Shown piece after piece: positions 13,376 to 28,780 of a stretch of 64,000 nt of DNA (the first letter of the stretch is position 1; each line of letters begins with the position of its first letter). The translations under genes were made by a program, and so were the position numbers. Below the pieces are notes generated by a model. The model did no database searches, was not told the origin of the DNA, and saw only the letters and a program-made list of their open reading frames with translations. The stretch lies in the NCBI RefSeq assembly GCF_009914755.1, contig NC_060933.1, one strand, 5' to 3'. Origin of the DNA: the human T2T-CHM13v2.0 reference genome, Homo sapiens.

Positions 13376-14104
13376 AAGGAGTAGACCTCAGAATGAAGTT
13401 GTTTTAACATTCATGGTTTCAAGGGTTGGAGTGAGGGTGAAGTAAGGGAACAGAGTTGATTTGCGGCTAGGTCCTTTCAAAATACCTTTTAGGTCTTTGA
13501 ACAGTGAGAGAGGTATGAAGAATGAACCTGTTTTTAAGCAACGGCTACCCATTTGGTACCAAATTTTCCTCTTTAGTGATGACTCCCTGTCCGAGGCTGG
13601 TAAACAAACGGGGCCTTCATGGATTCTTCTAGAAGCAGAGAAGAGGGATCAAAGTTTCCCACAAACTCTTGGTGAACCTAGTAAAATACTGGCTGTTCTG
13701 TAGGTTGAGGAAGATGTGACTTCCATTTGTCTTTCATATTCTAAATATTTTCTGTGATTTAAAGCATTCATTGCTTCCTTTTGCTGTCAAGGAAATGAAG
13801 GAAACACATTTCAGTAGCACTTTCCTGAATGCACTTATCTTTAGCTACTGCTATAAATATGTAGTGATCAGATTCTAGCAGTGCCCAATAAATCAAGATT
13901 TTTGGCCAGAACTTCACTTGTGTCTTATGAAGAAATAGTCTTCTCCCCAAGTTATATTGTGAATTCTACAGTAACTTCCTTCCCCAGGGATAGAAAGTAA
14001 CCAAAGGTAAATGTGGGTTTAAATAATGCTAATTTCATGGTTTGATTTACAGCAGGCTGTGGAACATCTGTGTGAACTGGTGACTGGCGGGTGCAATTAG
14101 GTTT

Positions 14105-14225
14105 CAGAGTCACTTACTGAGCACCAGTTATGAGCTAGGCACTGTTTTTGGTGCAAAGATTCAAAGAAAAACAAGTCCTGGTTGCTGTTCTCAGAAGCTC
14201 AAAGTCTTGAGAGAAAGGAGCCATA
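14105..14225 (-). mobile_element. L2 3' fragment
   Basis: ttactgagcaccagttatgagctaggcactgtt...ctcagaagctcaaagtct. Confidence 0.7.
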
Positions 14226-14531
14226 TTTGGGTCAAAGTTAGAGGCATGGCAATGAATACGCTTAAAAGGAGAAACCCCCCTGATTAAGAATACAGGAATC
14301 TGATTTTAAGTTTTTGAATATATCATGGCCTTCCCCAATTAAGATGCGAGAATGGCATTTTTACTGTTGGTGTTTTGTTTATTTTGTGGGATTTTATTGA
14401 TTTGAGCTCTAGGCACCATAGGAGGTCTTTGAATACTGACGGAGTAATGAGTTTGTTATAGACATTCTAGAACACAAGGCATAGTAACTCTCTCTCTACC
14501 ACCATCCCTAGGATTTCCCTAGACAATCCCT

Positions 14532-14857
14532 TGCTATGGTCTGAATGTTTGTGTCCCTCCCCAATTCATGTGTTGAAATCCTAACCTCCAAGGTCATAGA
14601 ACCCTCACCAGTGGGATTAGTGCCCTTATAAAAGAGGCCCCTGAGAGCTTGTTCACCCCTTCTCCTTCCTCCATGTGAGGAGAGAGCAAAAAGACAGTTT
14701 TCTATGAGCCAGGAAGCTGACCCTTACCAGACACTGAATATGCTGGAGCCTTGATCTTGGACTTCCCAGCCTCCAGAACTGTAAGAAATAAATTTCTGTT
14801 GTTTATAAGCCATCCAATTTATGATATTTTGTTATAGCAGCTGAACAGGCTAAGACT
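14532..14857 (+). mobile_element. MLT1A/MLT1A0 solo LTR
   Basis: tgctatggtctgaatgtttgtgtccc...ttgatcttggacttcccagcctccagaactgtaagaaataaatttctg...ctaagac; approximate 5-bp TSD tccct/ttcct. Confidence 0.9.
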
Positions 14858-14968
14858 TTCCTCTTAGAGTGAATACAGGAAATCAGTTAAAAAACAAAGT
14901 TGCCAGGTATTGTGGGATAAGAGTGCAAGTGTAAATATCCTTAGTATATGACCTAAGCACACTTTAGG

Positions 14969-15159
14969 CAACTGTTCTCAAACTTTAGCATACATCAGAA
15001 TCACCTGGAGAGTTGTTACAGCACAGATGGCTGGGCCCTATCCTCAGAGTTTCTAACTCTGTAGGTCTAGGGTGGGGTGAAGAGTGTGCATTTCTAACAA
15101 GTTCTTCGGGGGGATACTGATGTTGCTGGTCTGGGGATAGCACGTTAAGAACCACAGCC
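14969..15159. mobile_element. MER5A (hAT-Charlie)
   Basis: ttctcaaactttagcatacatcagaatcacctggagag...tgcatttctaacaagttc...aagaaccac. Confidence 0.9.
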
Positions 15160-15239
15160 TTAGAGCAAATGGTCTCAGAGAGAAAGCTGTTTAGTCTCAG
15201 AGAAGCTGATAACCTGCTGCTAATCAATCAGTTTTAAAT

Positions 15240-15530
15240 TATGTGCTGTGTGTTTGGTGAATTTGCAAATGAAAGGCACACTCGCAGGCAAGTTGCTTGT
15301 TGTCTCCAGGAATTAGCTAACCCTGAGAGGATAGTCCCTGCCGGGCAGCTAGAAACCAGATGCCAGAACATCAAGAATATGGAAAATAAGAAAATATTAT
15401 TAATACAAAGAGGAAATGTCAAAGGCTATTTGAGATAAGGTTGGTTGTGAGTATCCCTCACCGGCTGGGTGACCTGCATACTTGCTGACTAATGTCTCAG
15501 GATCCACTTATTTTGTTCTCTATTGTTACA
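15240..15530 (-). mobile_element. ERVL-type LTR fragment (LTR47/MER74/MER54-like group)
   Basis: Minus strand starts tgtaac and contains ttcttgatgttctggcatctgg...ttagctaattcctggaga...gcctttcatttgcaaa. Confidence 0.55.
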
Positions 15531-15680
15531 AAGTCCTATATGCACCGGAGTGCTGGGAAAATTCAAATTCACCGGGAACTGATTGTGTTAATTTACTAAG
15601 GTCCGTGATGAAAGAGAGAGTGTGTGTCTTTCCTTCCCTCTGCTCTATGATTGCCCATTAAAATATAGCACCCTCTATTC

Positions 15681-15842
15681 CAGGATTGCTCAATAAAATA
15701 CAGGACACTCAGTTAACTTTGAATGCAGACACACAACAAAAATTTTAGTATATGTTCCAAATACTAAAAAAAATTCCTTCTTTATCTGAAATTCAAGTTT
15801 AATTAGGCATCCTGTATATTTATTTGCTGTATCTGGGAACTT
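15681..15842. mobile_element. MER53 palindromic MITE
   Basis: ataaaatacaggacactcagttaactttgaat...tttatctgaaattcaagtttaattaggcatcctgtata. Confidence 0.8.
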
Positions 15843-16303
15843 GACTCTATTCTGTCAGTTACTCAGAGCTTGAAATATTTGTTGAATTAATAAGCGAGTC
15901 CATAAATACCAATTTGGATTGAATGATTTTGTTTCAATTCCATTGTCATGAAAAATTGATCAGCAGTGATGCCAGTTTGTATGTGTGCTCTTCTAAGCCT
16001 GTTCACTTGCATAGTTCCTTGTTTTTTCAGTCTTCTCTCATATTTGAGGAGACACCCTGTGCCCTACCCTAGATCTGGTACCAAGTCTGAGCTTAGTTAG
16101 GATTGGAGCTTAGTTGGACTACACAGAGGTCTTGGTATCGAGTCTAACTTGCAGCCCAGGTTTGGTCATTAAGAAGATCTCTGGATAACCTTCCCAGCAC
16201 TCCAGATCCTTTAAAGCCAGGACTGAAACTCTGCCTGAGTTACCAACAGCTACCATATTTCCAAATCCAGTAAACATTTCTCCATTCTCATCTTATTTAA
16301 CTT

Positions 16304-16869
16304 GTTTTATTTTATGTTATTTTTATCTTTTAGAGACAAGGTCTCACCCTCTTGACCAGACTGAAGTGCAGTGGTGTGATCATAGCTCACTGCAGGCTTG
16401 ACCGTTTGGGCTCAGGCGATCCTCGTACTTCAGCCTCCCAAGTAGCTGGGACTGTAGGCATGCACCACTCCCAGCTAATTAAAAAAAATGTTGAGCCTGG
16501 GCAACATGACGAAACCCTGTCTCTACAAAAAATACAAAAATTAGCTGGGCATGGTGGTGCATGCATGTAGTCCCAGCCACCTGGGAGGCTGAGGCATAAG
16601 GATGGCTTGAACCTGCGGAGATTGAGGCTGCAGTGAGCCATGATCATGTCACTGCACTCTAGCCTGGGAGACAGAGTGAGACTCTGTCTCAATTCTTTCT
16701 TTTCTTTTCTCTTCTCTTCTCTTTTCTTTTTTCTTTTCTTTTCTTTTCTTTCTTTCTGATGGAGTCTTGCTATGTTCCTCAGACTAGTGTGGAATTCCTG
16801 GCTTCAAGCAATCCTCCTGCCTTGGCCTCCCAGTGTTGGGATTATAGGCGTGAGCCACTGAACCCAGCC
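16304..16869 (-). mobile_element. AluJ (antisense) with a second Alu nested in its linker
   Basis: Right arm 16331-16480, left arm ~16757-16869; 13-bp TSD tcttatttaactt at 16291-16303 and 16870-16882. Confidence 0.9.
16494..16692 (+). mobile_element. 5'-truncated sense AluJ nested in the antisense AluJ
   Basis: agcctgggcaacatgacgaaaccctgtctctacaaaaaatacaaaaattagc...gagactctgtctcaa, followed by (CTTTT)n. Confidence 0.85.
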
Positions 16870-18313
16870 TCTTATTTAACTTCTGAGGATAATTTGACAC
16901 AGTGGGGCCTTCTCCTTCTTGACACACTCTCTTGTTTCTGTGACCCCCTCAATGCATGCTCATTATTCCCCTTATAAGGTTGTTCTTTCTAGTTCTCCTT
17001 TGCAGGAGTCTCCTCATGTACTAAACCTCTATGTTGTCTGCATATTAGAATCACCTAGTATATTAAAAAAAGCCCTACCAATAGCCCAGACCTCTCATCT
17101 GAGCTCCAGATCCACAGATGTGTCTACTTGGTATCTCTACTTGAACATCTTACAGATACCTCATACCTACTGCCTGAACCTACCTGCTTTCCTGCCTATT
17201 TATGTAGATTTTTGCAGAGTGAGGACAGCGGTTCCTCCTCTATGTTTAACCCACTCATCATTGCTCACTCACAGATTGAGAGGTTACTATACTCCACTTA
17301 CCTTGCTAAGTTTCTGAACTAGGTCTCCTTGCATTACATGGATGCTTGTACTATAATTTTTTTTTCTTTTTTTGTCCTGGGCTGCTGCAATAACCTCCTC
17401 ATGCCTAACTAAGTCATAGGAACTAACATAGATTCTTTTATTTTCCTGATGCATTTGAAATTCATCTTCAAATAGCCATGGCTGTAGGTAAATATCATCC
17501 TTGTTTTCTAGCTGGGCAACAGATCGTGATGGAGTGGAACCTGAAGTCCCTAATTTTGGAGATGCTTAACTGTATTTCTCTTAATAAGACTTTAAAAAAT
17601 TATAAATTGACAATTTATAATTGTATACATTTATGGGATACAAAGTGATCATATAAGTACACAATGTAAAATAATTAAATCAAGCTAGTTAATATATCCA
17701 TCACCTCAAATATTTAACAATTTTTAATGGTGAAAACAATTGAAATTTACTCTCTTAGCAATTTTAAAATGTACAATACTCTGTTATTAACTATATTCAC
17801 CATGCTGCACAATAGAACTAAAAAAAATTCCTCATGTCTAACTGAGATTTTGTACTCTTTGGCCATCATCTACCCATTCCCCCATGCCCTCACATTTGTA
17901 ACCACATTCTACTCTCTGCTTCTATGAGTTCAATTGTTTTGGAGTCCACATATAAGTGAGAACTTGTAGTATTTGTCTTTCTCTACCCACTTATTTCACT
18001 TAGCATACTGCTCTCCATTTCAATCTATGTTGTTGCAAATGACAAAATTTCCTTTTTAAGGCTGAATACTATTCCATTGTGTAAACATGCCACATTTTCT
18101 TTATCAATTCATCTGTTGATGGACACTTAAGTTGATTCCATAACTTATCTATTGTGAATAGTGCTGCAGTGAGGATGTGAGTGCAGACATCTCCTTTACA
18201 AACCAATTTCAAATCTTTTGGGTAAATACCCCAAAGTGGGATTGCCAGATCATATGGTAATCCTACTTTTGGTTTTTTGAGGAAACTCCATACAGTTTTC
18301 CATAATGGCTATA

Positions 18314-18631
18314 CAGTAGTCCCCTGCCTAGTCTGAGGGAGATACAAGACACTCAATGGATACCTGAAATCACAGATAGTACTGAACCCTATATGGGTTG
18401 TCTAGTATTTTTCCCTCCCTAAAAATACTATGTTTTTTCCTATACATACATACCTATGATAAAGTTTAATTTACAAGTTAGGCAAAGTAAGGAATTAACA
18501 ACAACTAATGATAAAATAGAACAATTACAACAATGTACTGTAGTAAAAATTACATGGGTGGGGTCTTTCTCAAAATATCTTATTGTGCTGTACAGCAGAT
18601 AAGTGAAACTATGCATAAGGGAGGACTGCTG
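18314..18631 (+). mobile_element. MER44A (TcMar-Tigger)
   Basis: cagtagtccc...ggactgctg termini, TA duplication at 18312-13 and 18632-33; host L1 reads through cataatggcta|ta|ctaatttacattccc. Confidence 0.85.
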
Positions 18632-18868
18632 TACTAATTTACATTCCCTTTAACAGTGTATGCTATTTTCTACATCCTTGCTAACACTTGTTATCTTTTG
18701 TCTTTTTTTGATAATAGCCATTCTAACAGGTGAGATGATATTTCATTACAGTTTTAAGTTGCATTTCTCTAATGAATGATGATGTTGAGCATTTAAAAAT
18801 ATATAGCTGTTGGCCATTTTTATGTCTTCTTTTGAGAAATGTCTATTCAGGTCTCTTGCCCATTTTTA

Positions 18869-20415
<1,547 letters not shown>

Positions 20416-22655
20416 CTTGCCCATTTTTAAGTTGCGTTTTTTGTTTTCTTGCTATTGAGTTGTTTGAGTTCCTTACATATTTTGGATATTAACCCCTTAT
20501 TGGATATATGGATGCAAATATTTTCTCCCAATCCTTAGGTTGCCTTTGTACATTGTCAATTGTTTCCATTGCTGTGCAGAAGCTTTTTAGTTGAATGCAA
20601 ACCCATTTGCCTATTTTTGTTTTTGTTATCTGTGCTTTTGAGGTCAAATCCAAAAACTCGTTGCCCAGACCAGTGTTGTATAGTTTCCCCATGTTTCTAC
20701 AGTTTCTGTTCTTGTTAAGTCTTCAGTTCATTTCGAGTTGATTTTTGTATATGGCATGGGATAAAGGGCTATTTTCATTCTTCTGCATGTGAATACCCAG
20801 TTTTTCCAAAACCATATGTTGAAGAGACTATCCTTTTTCCATTGTGTGTTCTTGGCAGCTTTGTTGAAAATCAATTGGCCATACACGTGTGGTTGATATC
20901 TGGGTTCCCTATTCTGTTCCGTTGGATGATGTGTCTTTTTTTTTCCCTCCAGTATTATGCTGGTTTGGTTACTACAGCTTCATAGCATAGTTTGAAATGA
21001 AGTAGTGTGATGGTCCAGCTTTATGATTTTTGCTCATAAGTGTCTTAGCTATTCAGGTATTTTTGTGGTTCCATATGAATTTTAAAATTGCTTTTCTATT
21101 TCTGTGAAAAGTAATGATAGAATTTTGGTAGGAACTGCATTGAATCTGTAGATCTTTCTGGGTAGTATGAATATTTTTAAACAATATTAATTATTCTAAT
21201 CTATGAACACAGGATGTCTTTCAATTTATTTGTGTTTTCTGCAATTTATATCAACATTTTATAATTTTCAGTGTATAGACCTTTCATACCCTTGGTTAAG
21301 TTTACTCCTATTTTATTTTTTTTTGTAGCTATTATAAATGGGATTGTCCACTTAATTTCCTTTTTATAAATTTTCTTGTTATTGTATAGAAATGCTACTG
21401 ATTTTTGCATGTTGATTTTGTATCCTGCAACTTTACTATATTCATTTATTAGTTTTGACAGTTTTTTTGGTGGAGTCTATAGGGTTTTCTATATGTAAGA
21501 TCATGTCATAAGCACACAGTGCTAATTTCACTTCTTTCTTTCCTATTTAGATGACTTTTATTTCTTTCTCTTAACTAGTTGCTCTGGAAGGACTTTTACT
21601 ACTACATTGAATAGAAATGGTGAGAGTAGATGTCCTTGTCTTGTTTCAGATCGTAGAGGAAAGACTTTCAATTTTTTACTATTGAGTAAAATGTTAGTTG
21701 TGGGCTTCTCATATATGGCCTTTATTATGTTGAGGTATAGTCCTTCTATACCTAATTTGGTGAAAGTTTTTAATCATGGAAAGACGTTGAATTTTGTCAA
21801 ATGCTTTTTTCTGCATCTAATGGGATGATTGCATGGTTTTTGTTCATTGTTAATGTGATGTATCACTTTTATTGATTTGCAAATGTTAATTCTTATATCT
21901 TGGGATAAATCCCACTTGATCATGGTGAATAATCCTTTTAATGTGTTTTTGAGTTCAGTTTGGTATTATTTTATTTAGGATTTTTGCATCTATATCATAT
22001 TTTTACATCAATGTCATAAAGGATATTGACTTATAATTTCCTTGTCTTCTAAAGTCCTTGTCTGGCTTTGATAAGTTCAGGGTAATTCCGCCCTTGTAAA
22101 AAGAGTCTGGAACTATTCCCCTCTCTTCAGTTTTTTAAAGAAGAGCTTGAGAAAGATTGGTATTGTTCTTCTTTAAATGTATGGTAGAATTCAGCAGTGA
22201 AGCCATCAGGTCCTGGTCTTTTCTTTGGTGGGAGAACTTTTATTACTGATTCAGTCTTTTTACTCATTATGATCTGTTCAGGTTTTCTGTTTCTTGATTC
22301 AGTCTTGTGGGGGTTGTATGCGTCTAGGAATTTATCCATTTCTTGTAGGTTATCCAACTTGTTGGCCTATAATTGTTCACAGTAATCTCTTATGATCCTT
22401 TGTATTTGTATGATATCACTTGTAAGGTCTCCTCTTTCACTTCTAATTTTGAGTCTTCTCTCTTTTTTCTTAGTCTAGATAAAGGTTTGTCCATTTTGTT
22501 TATCTTTTCAAAAATCCAGCTCTTCGGGTTGTTGACCATGTCTATTGTTTTTATACTATTTCATTTATTTCTGCTCTCATCTTTATTTCCTCCCTTCTGC
22601 TAACTTTGGGCTTAATTTGTTCTTCTTTTTCTAGTTTCTTGAGGTGTATAATTAG

Positions 22656-22953
<298 letters not shown>

Positions 22954-23065
22954 ATTTTTCAATGAAGACTTTTTTTTTGCTAAAAATTTCCCTTTTAGAA
23001 CTGCTTTTGCTGCACCCTATAAGTTTTGGTATGTTGTATTTTCATTTTCATTTGTCTGAAGACTG

Positions 23066-23400
23066 TTTTTTTTTTAGTATGCATGAGCACTGTTCTTTCC
23101 TTACTGAACTGTCATGCTATCTCACTCCAAGCCCCCTCAGATAAATTAATTTCAGACGCCATCTTCCCAAGCTGCTCCTACTACCATTTTAACAGATGCC
23201 TATCCCATCCCTTTCCTCGTCTTCCCTGCAGTTCTGGAAAAGGATAATGTCTTTACCCCAGAAACACTGACCTCTTTATATACTTGAGTTGAGAACTTCT
23301 TCCCTTCTCCCTAAAGGGAGATTTGCTTCAGTCCTATATCCTTTCTCTGGCAGCAACTTTTCCAGTTCTTTCTCCTTGGATCTACAACATGCACTTATGT
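23066..23400 (-). other. poly(A)-tailed foreign insertion with L2-like sequence inside the L1MA
   Basis: L1 consensus is interrupted after tttgtctgaagac and resumes at tcaagacattttaaaaatttccc; T10 at 23066-23075; body resembles + strand L2. Confidence 0.6.
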
Positions 23401-25067
23401 CAAGACATTTTAAAAATTTCCCTTTTGAATTTTTCTTTGACCCATTGATTATGCAGGGTAATGTTGTTTAATTTTCATGTATTTGCCAATATTCCAAGAT
23501 TTCTCCTGTTCTTGATTTCTAGTTTCACACCACTGTGATCAGAAAACATACTTAATATAATTTTAGTCCTTTTAAATTTGTTCAGACTTGTTTTGTGACA
23601 TGTAATCTAACCTGGAAAATATTTCATGTGCACTTGAGAAGAATGTGTATTCTGTTGCTGTTAGATGGAATATGGTGTATATATGTCTGTTAGGTTCATT
23701 TGGACTAAAGTATAGTTCCAGTACAATGTTTCTTTATTGATTTTTCTGTTTGGAAGATTTGTTCATTGTCAAAAGTAGAGTACTAAAGTCCCTGCTTTTA
23801 CTGTGTTGGAATCTATTTCTCCCTTCATATCTTTTAATGTTTGCTTTATATATTTAAGTGCTCCAATGTTGGGTGCAAATATATTTACAATTTTTATATT
23901 CTTTTAGTGAATTGACCACTAAATAATTATATAATGACCTTCTTTATCTCCTTTTACAGTTTTTGGCTTACTGTCTGTTTTGTCTGATATCTCTATAGCC
24001 AAGTTGGCTCTCTTTTGGTTTATATTTGCATGAACTCTCTTTTTCTATCTCTTCACTTTTAGTTATGTATGTCCTAAAAACTGAGGTGAGTCTCTTGTAG
24101 ACAGCATATAATTGGGTCTTCGAGTAAATCCATTCAGTCACTCTATATCTTTTTATTGGAAAATTTAATCCACTTATATTCAAAGTAATTATTGATAGCT
24201 AAGGACTTACTACTGCCATTTTGTAATTTGTTTTCTGGTTGTTTGTAGATGATTTGTTTCTTTCTTCCTCTCTGGCTGTCTTTTGTTGTCATTTGGCAAT
24301 TTTCTGTAGTGGTATGCTTCGAATCATTTCTATGTGTGTTTTTTACATGTACTATATATCTTTGCCTTGTGGTTACATGAAGCTTACTGAAAACACTTAT
24401 AACAGGCTATTTCAAGCAGATAACACGTTAATTTTGAGTGTATAAAATGATGCACTTTTACTCCCCCTCCATGTTTTATATATCTGATATCAAAATTTAC
24501 ATCAGTTTTGTAATTTTTATCCCTTAGCAATTTATTTTAGCTGTAGTTGTTTTTTAATAGCTTTGTTTCTTAACCCTCATACTAGAGTTAAAATTGCTAT
24601 ATACACCACAATTAAAGCCCTAGGGTGTTCTGAATATGTCTCTGTATTACTTATATCATTGAGTTTTGTGCTATCATGTGTTTTATGTTATTAATTAGTG
24701 TGGCTTTCCATTTCAGTGTAAAGAATTCCCTTAAGCATTTTCTGTAATGTGGGCCTGGTGGTTAAGAATTCCCTTAACTTTTGTTTGTTTGGGGAAGTTT
24801 TTATTTCTCCCTTATTTCTGAAGGACAGCTTTGCCTGGTAAAGAGTTCTTGGTTGGCAGTGTTATTTTTTCCTTCAGTACTTTAAATATACTATTTCACT
24901 TCCTCCTGGCCTGCAGGATTTCTCCTGAGAAATCTGCTGGTAGTTGTATTAGAATTTCCTTATATGTAAATGTGTTATTATGTCTTGCTGTTGTCGGGAT
25001 TTTTCTTTGTCTTTTAATTTTGATAGTTTGATTATTATGTGTCTTTGTGAACTCCTCTTTGGGTTGA

Positions 25068-25362
25068 TTTTTTTTTTTTTTTGAGATGGAGTCTTGCTTT
25101 GTTGCCTGCACTGCAGTGCAGTGCATAAGCTTGGCTCACTGCAACCTCCACCTCCTGAGTTCAAGTGATTCCCATGCCTCAGCCGCTCAAGTAGCTGAGA
25201 CCACAGGCATGCACCATGACACCAGCTAATTTTTGTATTTTCAGTAGAGATGGGGTTTCCCCATGTTGGCCAGGATGGTCTCGAACTCCTGGCCCGAAGA
25301 GACCCACCCACCTCGGCCTCCCAAAATGCTGAGATTATAGGCATGAGCCACTGTGCCCCGCC
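25068..25362 (-). mobile_element. AluS element
   Basis: TSD ctctttg(g/a)gttga at 25055 and 25363. Confidence 0.95.
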
Positions 25363-25926
25363 CTCTTTGAGTTGAATTTGATTGGAGAGCTCTGGACTTC
25401 CTGTACCTGAATGTTGGTATCTATCCCCAAATATGAGATGCTTTCAGCCATTATTTTCTTAAATTTGATTTCTTCCCCCTTTCCTCTCTCCTTCCTTAAC
25501 TTTTATTATGTGATTCTTAGTTTTCCTGATGGTGTCTCATAATTCCCATAGGCTTTCTTCATTCTTTTAAATTCTTTTTTTTCTTTTTGCTCCTCTGACT
25601 GGACAATTTTAGATGTTCTTTCTTTGGGCTCACTGATTCTTTCTTCTGATTAAGTCTGTGATTGAAGCCTTTTATTAAATTTTTCAGTTAGTCATTGTAT
25701 TCTTCCTCTTTAGGATTTCTATTTTCTAAAACTGTTTCTATTTCTTTAAAAAAGTTCTCATTTTGTTTGTACATTGTTTTAAAATTTCATTTAATTTTCT
25801 ATCCATATATTCTCATAGGTCACTGAATTTTTTTAATAGGATTATTCTGAATTCTTTGACTGTCATTTCATAGATCTTCATTTCTTTAGGGTCCATTATT
25901 GGAGTTCTCAGAGTTTCTTTTGATGA

Positions 25927-26304
<378 letters not shown>

Positions 26305-27041
26305 TGAGGAGATAGCTATTTATCCTGGCCTTTTTCAGTGTTCCTTGGCAAGGATAGGCCCTTACCATTTAGTCCAGCTTGTGATTCTAGATGGGCCAGC
26401 TGGTAATGACCTCAGTTAGACATAAGTTACTAGTTGGCTGGGCTGCCACTTTCACTCTGGGTTCAGGTGAGGCAGCTGACGGGGCTCCACTGTCTGACAA
26501 GACCACTAGGTAGGCTCTGTAATCAGGTGGGACTGTTGGCTGGACACTGTGATTGCCTCTGATCTGTCTGGGTTGCAGAGTGGCTTCTCTGGCTAGATGG
26601 TATCACTATGTGAGTCCTGCAGTTGGACAAGGCTGTAGAGAGCTCTGAGGTTAGGCAAGTCACTGCTTGGGAAATATGGGACCAAGCAGGATACATAGAA
26701 ATGTACAGTTGAGGCTTGTCTCTATCCTAGGGATTAAGGTAGTCTCTGAGGCTAGTGCAATCCACTGCCTGGACTCTTGAGTCAGGCAAGTCCAGCTCTT
26801 AAGCTCTGCCAAAATGCACAAGGGTAGGCATCCCCTTGACTGGATGGGGCCTTAGAGTAGGCTCTGAGGCTGGGCAGAGCTGCTGTTTGAACTCTTGTGT
26901 TGGCAGTTCTAACCCCTGCTCTCTGCTGTAATGTGTAGTGGTAGGCAAATCCCTGCTGGGCTGGGATCTGTGGTTGGGTAGAGTCGCTGTTTAAACTCCT
27001 GGGTTGAGCAGGTCAGCCGCTAAACTCTGGTGAAATGTGTG

Positions 27042-27553
<512 letters not shown>

Positions 27554-28199
27554 TTACCACCAAGATCTGATTGCTGGTCACTGTGAGCTCTGCCTCCTTT
27601 CTTTGTTTCTACCTGACTTCAAGTGGTCCAGCCCTGCCATTATCCCAAGTGTTTCTGGAGAGGTGAGACTGGAATCAGCTTCCTAGGAAGCATTTTGGCA
27701 TACTAGGGAAGCTGGATGTCCACCTCTGGTTCTCTTTTTCTACTATGGAAACCATAAACCCAGGGGAATTCTCTTTGTGTAGTGCTGTGCCAACTTTGGG
27801 TAGGAGAAGGGGTAGTGCAGGCTAAGTCCATTTCTCCTCCTTTTCTAATGTTTTTATTCAATTTTGTGGCCCTTGCAGGAGTCTCAGTCTCATTCCCAAA
27901 TATTGGGGTTTTCACAAAAGTGTTCTTCTCTGTCAATAGCTGCTGCTTGTACTTTCTGTGGAGGAGGGTAGTGAAGCCTGAGACCTACTATTCTGCCATC
28001 TTGCTGATGTCACTGTGTTTCAGCTTCTTAACTTGACTCCTGAGCTCTTTCAGGGATATTTTCATTCATGGATAGTTGTCTAATTGTGCATGGTTGTTTA
28101 TGTGTGTGTGTGTGTGTGCGCGTAGGGGGAATGAAAGACAAGATCTCCTTCTCTGCCATCTGGCTGACATCACCTTCTCTCCTCTATTTTAAATTGTGG

Positions 28200-28780
28200 G
28201 TAATTATAAGTTTGATTTTGGACCTTTTGATTTTGAAGTGTCACTATGAGATTCAAAAGGAAGTTTCTTCAAGTAGCTCCTTGGATTTATGGATTGGAGC
28301 ACAGAGGAGATGTCTGAGTTGGACATAAAAACATATGAGTTTTTTGCACATAGATAAGTCATTTGCTTCGATAAATGGGATCATCTAAGAGAGTGTAGAG
28401 TGTTAAAAAACAGGTCTGTATTTCAACATTAATTTTCATGGCAGAGAAGAATGAGACAGCAAAAGGAGAAAATTATAATATGGAAACAAAGGGAAAGAGA
28501 ATATTTCAGGAAGTGAAAGGAAGGAGATATCAGCAGTGACAAATGTTGCTGAGAAGTCAGAGGATAAGAAGGCTGAGAAAGATATTGGCTTAGCAAAACG
28601 GAGGTCACTGATGACTTCAGCTTTATCTTTTTTGGTGGATACTTGAGGCAGAAGTCAGACTAGAGTGGATTAAGTTGTGACTATGCAGAGAAGAAATAGA
28701 GATCATAAATATAAAATCTTTCAAAAGATTGGTGGTATCTAAAAAGATGTGACTGAGAGTTTGGAGGTTAAAAAGTCACT
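28200..28780 (-). mobile_element. L2 fragment
   Basis: cagcagtgacaaatgttgctgagaagtcagaggataagaaggctgagaaa...ggaggtcactgatgactt...agaagtcagactagagtggattaag. Confidence 0.75.

Larger units (their letters stand above)
16150..17400 (+). mobile_element. L2 fragments interrupted by an Alu composite
   Basis: ccaaatccagtaaacatttctccattctcatcttattt...gcccagacctctcatctgagctccaga...tctacttggtatctc. Confidence 0.6.

Noticed and set aside
13551-13564. Perfect 14-bp palindrome atttggtaccaaat
   Set aside because: Several palindromes of this length are expected by chance in 64 kb.
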